DNA from: Tubulanus polymorphus
Taxonomy: Eukaryota; Animalia; Nemertea
DNA: 64,000 bases
Assembly (NCBI RefSeq): GCF_964204645.1
Contig: NC_134027.1
Coordinates: forward strand, 1,830,485-1,894,484
Direction: 5' to 3'
The notes under the pieces were generated by a model. The model was not told where the DNA came from. It ran no database searches and was given only the letters and a program-made list of their open reading frames with translations. Shown here in pieces: positions 43,801-64,000 of the stretch. Both the position numbers and the translations under genes were made by a program. Numbering within the stretch: the first letter of the stretch is position 1; each line of letters opens with the position of its first letter.

Positions 43801-46800
43801 CAACAGAAGGAAAATAATCCCGTATTCAAAATGTCTCGCTGGATGTTGCGCACCTCATTTTGAAAATGTTTAGACCACGGTAATTAATGAAACTATTTAT
43901 GAATATCGTCGTATCGACGGAGAATTGTATGGAATGGTACTCAAATTAATGGTCGTTTAATGAACAGTTTACATTAGCTCCAGTTTCTGAAGCACCTGAG
44001 GCACAACTGGTAATAATTGGAATACGTGCGCGCACCGACCGTTTGAATCTCAGTACCACCGTCCTAGTGACGTCACCAGTATTACAGCTATCAACCGGCT
44101 GTCTGTACGAACACCCTCAGACGTTAGACGGACATTCGCCATTTTCCCACAACATGTTCTTCAAGCGTCGCCACCCCCTGTAGCTGTACCCCAGATATTC
44201 TTTGAACATGAATTAGGATGGTGCCATCAATTCTAGACAGACAAACCAAATACGTCGTAATTTCAGTGGAAAACGCCGTGATATTCATACACCGTACAGT
44301 GACCCAATTGACCACGACGCAGGGAAATTAGACCGTATTACGAAATTCGCCGCGATGCCGATAGTTTTATATGTTATCTAATGAAACCTAAGAAGGGGTG
44401 ATTTAGCTATCAGCCATGGTTGGCTTCGTATCTGGATTTTTTCATTACGAATCGGCGTCACAACAGTGATTGGCTTAATTCAGGGATATTTGTTGCCGTC
44501 GAAACTGCCAAGATTGCCGTAGATAACATGCTATTTCTCTTATCCGGGTTTCGTAATGATCTAATTAGGGATGACTCCGACTCCTGGGTTTATACGAATG
44601 CTGGATCCAACTTGTCAAGTCCCGATGAAAGATGAGCGCGATTTCCATTTCGCAACTCATATAAACGAGATACTAGTTACACTGACAATACATGACTTGT
44701 ATAGAGCCAATGGCTGCCATCGGCATCAATTTCAACTTCGCTTGTTTTTCATCATTATACACTATGATAAATGTAATATAAAGTTCCTGCTGTCAAAATT
44801 CTGCAGTCGTAGCAAAATCCGTAACATCAAATTTAGCTCCTAGCACATTTACAAAATCAGACGATTTCGGTAACCTTTTTACGCTACATTCAAAGGCAGG
44901 CGGGTACGTATATATTTATTTGATATCGATGAAATGATACCCCTCCGGGGTCCGGTTCGTCCTTGACGATTTTCAATCAGTAACACCGTGAGAAAAAGAA
45001 GGATTTGCTAACCATATCACAGAGATCCGATACCGCCCGAGAGAAATAAAGGAAAAAAAACATCTCTAGATATGCAAATCAAATCCACGGGGAAAATTGC
45101 GTTAAGATGTGACCGGCAAAAAGCGCACCACACGAGATTACCATCGATTGATGTGAATCATGGTGGAACACTCGTGATCGAGAGGTTTTTGGTAGTTTAA
45201 AAAAAAAGCGATTTGAAGATTTGCATTCTCTCTTTACCTACGGCAGACAATTTGAATTTCATGACACCGATCGGAATTTATATGGCATAATAGAACACTT
45301 TTGTCACGTATTGAATTTGCAAGGATCCAATTCTGTCAGTCATGATTAGCAATCAAAACGCGAGAAAAACTAGCGACACGTGATATCTGAATGGTGCTTC
45401 ATATAACCTGCAACGCATAAATCGAAGCCCAATTTACGGGCTTAATTTCAGATTTCCATCGAGGGAAATGTCTGAATGCCGTGTTGCTGCTACAGTTCAT
45501 TGTTCGCTATAGACATCTTTGAAATTAATGGTCTTCAGAAAATTGTGCCGACGACGATAGACGAGGAGGCAATTTGGATTATGGCTACAACGATTGTATT
45601 TTATCCGTAATAGGTTTTCCTCTCATGCGAGAATTACAAAGTAATTTCACTGACTTAGAACCAAACCTATCCGCTTGGCTAGTATTCAGTTTGATGAACG
45701 AGAAGCTTAAGTTTGAACGATAGATAATTTTCCCAATGGGACTTCGCTTATTATCAATATTCATTTAGGTGTATGTTTTTGTATACGAAGTGAAGTTCGG
45801 CTAATCTATTTAGATACGACGAAGAAACTGGCGGTGAGAAAATTTTTCAAAGTTCATGGACGAATGAAATATATACCCAATTTAGATCTGAACAGGACTG
45901 GAGACAGGTGTTGATAAATTGTTTTAGATTCCATGCGTCGTTCTTATGCATGATACCGTGATCAGAATATAAATGCCAGTTAGAAGTCTATGTTTCAGCT
46001 CGACAAAGATTTCCAAAGAGTGTCGAGGCATATCTCGTATGTTACAGCACAGTGTGTACCTTTTATCAAATGAATTTTACAGACAGAAGTGTCACTAAAA
46101 TGATCCATCATCTGAATAGCGCAAGACTTTTTTGCTTTTGTACCGTCATGATTAGTTATCAAGGGACCGTTTACTGCACCTGCGACGACCATAGTTCAAT
46201 CGTTTTTAATCGTAAAAATGTACATCTTATATTCGGTATCTTTTTAGATAAATGCAACCGGAGCAAGTATGAACCCTGCTCGTTCTTTAGGTCCTGCTGT
46301 TATCATGAATAGATGGACTAATCATTGGGTACGTATCCTTCGAAATTATAACCGTAGATAGTGACATAGTGCAAACGATCAGGAATATTATCCCTGGTTT
46401 TCTAAGAACCATTGCTATACCTTTCTACTTTTTAATAATGATGAATTAGATAGACTAAAGGTTGTCGCTGTGTGGATGGAGAATGGGATTCTATACACGT
46501 TTCTAATGTATATGTCTTGTCTGAAGGGGGGAGTTCGTAGTTAATGTGAATCTAACCACAATTGATCGAATAATGAAGACAAAATTGACTCGATCGTGAG
46601 ATACATCCGTTACACATCCTTGGTTAATTAGTGGTTCCCATCGTCGGAACCGTTTCATCGTTAATGTAATCAGTTCTATACCACCAGACGGGTACACGTA
46701 TATCTTCGTCTGTCCTCTTGTGACATTCACGCGGGTATTTTCACTATTTTGTAAGTGATACCATAACATTGTCGCCCGTTCACTGATTGACAAGAAAATT

Positions 46801-47320
46801 GACAAGATTGTATTTTGTGGTTTCATTACTTGGTATTTTTTTACTATACACTCTTCGAACGTGGGGTCTGGTGTTCTTCGAAGAACCTCGGGGTTATTGG
46901 TGGAGAATTAATGGTTCTTCTGCAAAATAGAATGTAGAATGGAGTTGTTCGAGACTTATGGTTCTTGACAAAGAACCTTGAATTGGGTTTCGATTTTAGT
47001 CGATCTGCAGGTCAAGAGTGGTTATTTTCATAAGAACCATCGGATATGTATAACTGGATTATAGTCCAAAGATTAGTACATTTATTTTTCTAAATTCTGT
47101 ATTTTAGGTGTATTGGGTTGGACCTATTCTAGGTGGAATAATCGGGGGATTCACGTACGAATATACGCACGATTCGTCGCAACAAATTCAACATTTCAAA
47201 CGTTCGTTTCGAAGGAAACAAGCGAGTATGAAACGGACCCGCAGTACGCTCAGTACTAACTCGACCATATCAACAGAAATGGCGTTTACACCGACCTCCA
47301 CATTCGACAGTTTAGCGTGA
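37835..47320 (+). CDS. Aquaporin (MIP family), AQP4/big-brain-like, about 295 aa, 3 coding exons
   Basis: Exons 37835-38428, 46248-46328, 47108-47320, all phase 0 with GT-AG introns. Motifs [10 protein letters not shown] and [14 protein letters not shown], then NHW|VYWVGP. Aromatic/arginine filter F/H/A/R as in water-selective AQP4. The start ATG is uncertain (alternative in-frame ATGs downstream). Confidence 0.93.
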
Positions 47321-48567
47321 GGTATCCATGAATGATTCCGCTAAAATGTATAAAACTGAACGAAACATTTTGCTGTAAAATATTTCAATCTTAAATTGTT
47401 CTTTTTTTTATCAATTAATGTGTTATTGTTGTGTAATGCTAGTTGCCAGAATGTTCATGAACAAATTTCGATTAATTTTCTTACGATGTGAATCTCGTTC
47501 AAATCGTATCGTATACTGTTTTATGTCAGGTCTACATCGATGGATTGTAAATTTGTGCAATAAAACGAATACGATATTCCAAACCATTTCTTTTTTTTTT
47601 GCTTTGAAAAATGACGGGCTTTGAAACTAAGACATTTGTAGCGATGAACGAGAAACGTCGTTCCAACAAGTTCAAACGTTTTTAGAAGAATTAATACAAC
47701 AATGTTATTTAAAGAAAATCCGCTGCTTACAATCGAATTACACTTAATGAATTCTTACAAAATCTACACGAAACAAGAGCTTTCTCTTAAATGTCTTTCT
47801 ATGTATTTATCGAATCAAAGAGCTGCACCCCGCGAAATCACAGCAGTTTCAAGCTGCAACCCAGAGTCAAATACAAGATCAAACGAAGGAAACTAATTAC
47901 ATGTACTAATAATATTCCATTTATTCATCTTTATATCATATCAAACTTGAATGAATAATGACTAAAACTTTTAACAATTCACACAAGAATAACAAATAAA
48001 TAATTTCGTAAATATATCATGTAATCTGCTATATCTTTACATTAATAAATAAACTATACAAATAAAACTTTTTTCGGACAGTATAAATACATTGAATGTA
48101 AATCGGTGACGAATATAGATATATTTATATATAGTGAAAATATCAATAAATAGAAAATAGTGAAACATTGCACATCAGTGATTCAGGATATGATTGATGA
48201 TTAAATCTTCACATAACAACACACGCTCACGCTGTGACAGTTTACATGATGGATAGCTTCATTCCACTCATCACTCTCACAAATACTTCAGTCATAACCA
48301 TAGGAAAATTACACAGTCTCAAGAAACCATGCAAAAGGCGTAAATCTTCATATGAGCATCTTCTTCATCGGACGACAATATTCTCGAGTTGACATCATTA
48401 CCAAATAGTTACATTCATATTAGGAATATGGAATGTCATTTTATGAGGAAAATGAACACAATTCGTCATCACCAATAAAATGTACAGTAGAGATTTATAA
48501 CAACAGATGAACTCATAACATGGAATCTGTGAATTCTAATCAACTCCTTATTGTTACCGAGTTGTCA

Positions 48568-51419
48568 TCAACTGTTGATAAATTTAGCTATTATTTCATC
48601 AGTTTCGTCGTTTTCAGCGAGAAATCGTTTCCTACAAGATAAAATTGAACACTACATTATTAATCATCTTCTGACAAATTGACATCAGTTCAGATATGTG
48701 CAATTTATTTCTATTGCTGATGCGCGGTCATATATCACAATGGCGGAAGATTTTGACATCGTAATAAGTGAAAAAAATCATTTCAACTCATTCTATTTAA
48801 TTTAAGTGATTAATATAGATATCGCTTTTTAGTTTCATGAAGATACAAAGCGCCATCTATTGTCAATTCGTTACAGAGTGTATTACGTACCACAAATCAG
48901 GAAATTTGTCAATTATTTCTTCTTGCGAAACTTTTGAGGATTCGAAATTTCGCAAACACCAGCGGATGTAATTTATTGCTAAACCCTAATAAAATAAACC
49001 ATCAACTCATTTATATATCAACTGGTAAATATCTAGGGAAAATTTGTCAAATGTATAGTTTACCTGCCAAATAGATGTAGTATCGTCATCTAATTTCAAC
49101 CACGTTCGAATTTCTAGAATTCGACATTTTGTCTACAAGGAAACAGGTTTATCTTGTCAGAAGTTCATGTCATGTCAGTTAGATTGTAAACATTATTTTC
49201 TAATAATTTACCTTTCCAAGTGCCTTCTTCTCTTTGAAATCTTGTTTTTTGCTTTTCGATAAAACGGCTGCCTTTGACTTTTCACGAATTGCTCTGCACA
49301 TGATGTACCTGCAACGAAATTGTTTCCAAATAAGGAAAATTCATTAGTTCAAAGAGAAATGAATTCAAAATTTCGCTTTTCAAAATCAAAATTTTCCCTA
49401 CCACACTGTTTTCTTCTTCAACAATCCAACAACATTACTGTTGAAATCGAGGAAATAGAAAACTTCACCTTCAGAGTTATAACCACACCTAACCTGAAAA
49501 ATATCACGTAATCACAGTCAAATTCGTTTAAGTCATCATCACGTCACTGAAGTCTGTTCAAGTCATCACATCATTGAAGTACCGGTAATGGTTATTCTTT
49601 GATACAATTTTGTATTTTGAATTCAATTCACTACGCGTAAGTCACCATTTGAATAAGTTTGTCACAATAATGATGGTCTCAGCTACAACGACTTAAACTG
49701 TAAACAATATGAAATATTCTCATAAGCGATTGATGTTGTAAAATGAAGGTTCTTACTTGCTGCATTCGTAAGTCCAAATCTGACACGGGAATCAGGTCAT
49801 ATTCAACTGTATCTAATTTCAGTATTCGACCGATCTAAATAAAATATCAGCTACAGATAAGATGAAATCAAATATAATTCGATATACATTTGATGTGAAT
49901 ACAAAATACCTCAAATCCTATATGTGGCACAACACAACACAAGTCATTGGTGTCTAAATTTGAAGTTTTCGTCCAGGCAATAAATTTGAGCATTGGTCTG
50001 TAAAACACAAGAGATGAACATAGAGAACTAGATGAAATCTAATGAATAATTGATAGTTGTTAGTTTTAATGCTTTATTTCTTACCGTTCGAGATGAGATA
50101 GATTTTCGACATGTTGATGAGCTGGGGATAAAATCTCAAAAACTGCGGTGAAATGAGTGACGCAAAGAAACTCAAGCAACCTGTAGTGAAATACATAAAC
50201 ACATAGATTTCAAAAAGATTTTAGTAAAAATAATCAAAATATATGATTGTATGTAATCAACTAGCCCTACTTTTGCCTGGCTTCTTTATCCATCTGATCC
50301 AAAAAATCCGAAACAGTTTGAGCCACTTCTTTAGCAATTCTGAATCGCTGGTCAACATATTTTTCAATATCACCTGAGGAAAAAACAATCATCATAAGTG
50401 AATAAAAACTTTACAAAATATTACAAAAATCTATGTCTTACATGAACGCAAAATTGTTACTATGGTATATTCGAACTCACTTCTATTTTTGAATAACAAA
50501 TGTACATTTTTGGACCCAGCACAAATGATCTTCTCCCCTTGAACATCTATACAACTCAAATGAGCAGCTTCACCATTGGCTTTCTTAGTAGCGCAAACTA
50601 ATTCCACTTCATTGAGTTCCTAAACAAATATATAGACAAAAAAGAAAATAAATTTCAGATTTCATGGGAGATTGAAATATGTGAAAATAGCTTTGGAAAC
50701 AAATAATTTTGAACCTTAATGAAATAACGTTTCCAAGTAAAATCATCTCCTCCTGTAGTTTTATCGTCATCGTCCCCGAGACCACCGGTAAACTTCTTCA
50801 ACGCGTAAATAATACACGTCACTTCATTACCCATTCTCAACAAACAGTTTCCTCTAGCAACCTGTGGAATATCATCATTTTAATCGTCAAAAACACTCTT
50901 AATTCATTTCAAAAAATTCGATCGGTAATAGAAAATTTACCCTATTCCGAATATCATCATTGTTATCATAGATTTCATCATCCGGACCTCTTTTTTTCGA
51001 AAAAACCTTCGCATCAATAAGTGAAGCATTACAACCATCTGGTAGAATTCCAACTGGCACTTCAGTTTCTATACATTTGATATATTTATTCTGTTGAGCC
51101 CAGTACAGCCATCTGAAATAAATGATCAGCGATGTGAATGATATAACACTGAATAAAGATTTAATTTGGATTTGAATTCGACCCTGGTAAGTGAAGATTT
51201 CATGGAAATTCCCACTGAAAATTTCACTTTCTGTCGGTCTATTTACCTTTCTGCCTGTAAGGGTCGGTCTGAAACTTCACTGTCTTTAAGAATTGATTTC
51301 AAATGTTCTTTCAAAGATGTCAGGGTGAGATGAGGATTATCATCTGTATAGTTATCACACAAATATACCAGTAATTCTTCTTGAATGCGACGAGTTTGTG
51401 CGGCCATTGTTGACGTCAT
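48568..51419 (-). CDS. Putative ATP-dependent RNA ligase (T4 Rnl1 / Trl1-like adenylyltransferase), 470 aa, 13 exons
   Basis: Exons 51419-51247, 51112-50941, 50861-50715, 50619-50481, 50373-50271, 50180-50085, 49997-49910, 49834-49757, 49493-49402, 49308-49212, 49132-49064, 48985-48891, 48631-48568. All introns GT-AG with consistent phases; 1413 nt with no internal stop. Motifs in order: ARG, KKF, KANG, GSK, TAVFE, EGEVF, KKKTVWY. Alternative ATG at 51407. Confidence 0.85.
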
Positions 51420-52470
51420 TCGGAGATTTCGTCAGTCGTAGACTGGTTACCTTAATGGAACAGGCAACCAGTCTACGTCAGTCGGAGCCCGATCCTCGCC
51501 TGCCACAGCTAGGGCTAGAGTTAGGCATCCACCCGATAGATGTCAGTAAATGCAGACGTCACACGATATCACTACGCTAATTAAGTACTACTTAATGTGA
51601 TGATAATTCAAAACTTAATTCGATATTAAGCCATCTATATAAACTGAGTGGTCTGAGACAAATTCATTTAAGAGTTTGAAAATCATGAGAATAATTGAGA
51701 TAAATCTCAAACAGAAACATTTGATACTGAATTGAACACTATTTCAATGGCGGAATATGACACTAATCCGGGGGTGTAACAGGTGTCGGTTTGCAGCCAT
51801 TTTTAGACGAAAAATTAAAGGAATGCTCAATAAATTCACTCGAAACTCGTTAACCACCTGCTAAAATGTAAATATATCTCATTTCAGACACAATTTATAA
51901 CTGTTTTATTGCGTTGAAACTTAAATAGTTGTCAAAAGAAGGTGAATTATTGTGTAAATGAGGCCGGATTTCTTGGTTTCCGGGTCGCCGACGGTCGGGT
52001 GTGTGACTTGTCAAAAATTATGTATTTCTCGTTTGCATACTGTCTAAGTTGTACGTCCCAAATGTATCCGCGTTGAGGTGACCCACACTGTAGTATTACC
52101 AAAATTAAAAAGCGTGTATCATAATGAATACTGACTTAGGTTTGGTTTTAATTAGTTACCTAATCATTGGTGGTGTGTATTTAAGCTTTTACAAGTCAAT
52201 TGACTTATTGGAAAGGCACCAACACCGCATCCCATGTGGTTTGTGAAAATATCTGATCGTGAATTAAAACTACTGATAGGTTACTGACTTGGTAGTAGGT
52301 TGGTCATTTGAGCCAGTTATCCATATGTGACAAGTCTGTTGTCATAGGCCAGAAGAGACTTTCGCACCTAAGATTCGAACCCATGAATCCAGTGACTGTT
52401 GTTGGTTTAATCCACTCAATCTCCAACAATGCTCTTGTCCTCGACTACAGACCAGTTTTATTTCTTGCAG
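51420..52470. promoter_or_regulatory. Probable bidirectional promoter / 5' UTR region between the ligase gene and AP1G1
   Basis: Divergent start codons ~1.1 kb apart (51419 minus, 52517 plus). YY1-like AATGGCGG (~51746) and GCCATTTT (~51796). Acceptor TTTCTTGCAG ending at 52470 suggests a 5' UTR intron. Confidence 0.55.
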
Positions 52471-52516
52471 ATTTGAAGACGTTTTCACAGAGCGCCGCAG
52501 TGTTCATTGATTCACT

Positions 52517-63513
<10,997 letters not shown>

Positions 63514-64000
63514 TGATCACAGCTGAATTATAGAATCGAAATATTATAGAAACGATAAGAACTGTGCATGAAAGTAATTGTGCTTTACAAACATTCATAA
63601 CTAACAAACATTTGAGTTCTATGTCCAAATGAACACAACACACTGGTAGACTGAGTATGTGTGTATGTGTGTGTGCGTTACTCTATTCACTTGCGCTTGT
63701 GTGAATTTGCAAGCTTTACTCGCGTGAGATGATGATTTAAACTATCACCGCCGAGCAGAATATTACATCCATTCATTCATTTGTTTATTTGTTCATTAGT
63801 CCATATTAAATCTTACTGCAGCAGTGAATTGAGAGCATTGTCAAGCTGAAACGACTGTATGTAGAGTCTCTCTCCTTTCTCATCTCTCTCTTTCTTGTCA
63901 AGTGGGATTTGTATTATTTTCTGAGTACCGTTGATTTCAATTCGACTCATTATTGTCTCCTCTCGTTGCCAAAACAGTAAAATATATGTGATTCTATTGA

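Noticed and set aside
50655-51020. ORFs 50655-50843 (-) and 50709-51020 (+) as separate genes
   Set aside because: The first is exon 3 of the ligase reading into an intron; the second is its antisense shadow.
48568-51419. DNA ligase, capping enzyme or viral contamination as the identity of the minus-strand gene
   Set aside because: The Rnl1/Trl1-type ARG, KF and SK motifs and the WY after motif V, with no evident OB domain, favour an RNA ligase. Twelve spliceosomal introns and host-gene neighbours argue against contamination. A structure search is still needed.
51747-52516. N-terminal coding extension of AP1G1 from ATG 51747
   Set aside because: No donor/acceptor combination I tried avoids the TAA at 51777 or the in-frame TGA at 52508.

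Overview
Intron-rich, AT-rich animal genomic DNA, most likely from an invertebrate (inferred from gene structure, not proven). 1-22.9 kb has no recognisable coding sequence: two long GA/CT microsatellites, MITE/SINE fragments and a perfect hairpin. It is followed by three single-exon class A GPCR genes (one solo, one tandem pair with patchy near-identity) and a 3-exon AQP4/big-brain-like aquaporin. A 13-exon minus-strand gene almost missed by the ORF track splices manually into a 470-aa stand-alone ATP-dependent RNA ligase-like protein with T4 Rnl1/fungal Trl1 motifs; this is the most notable item. Head-to-head with it lies a complete AP-1 gamma adaptin (AP1G1) gene carrying a 15-nt microexon and a duplicated, probably mutually exclusive, 99-nt exon with a nearby intronic hairpin. 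All exon coordinates were read by hand and no database search was run.
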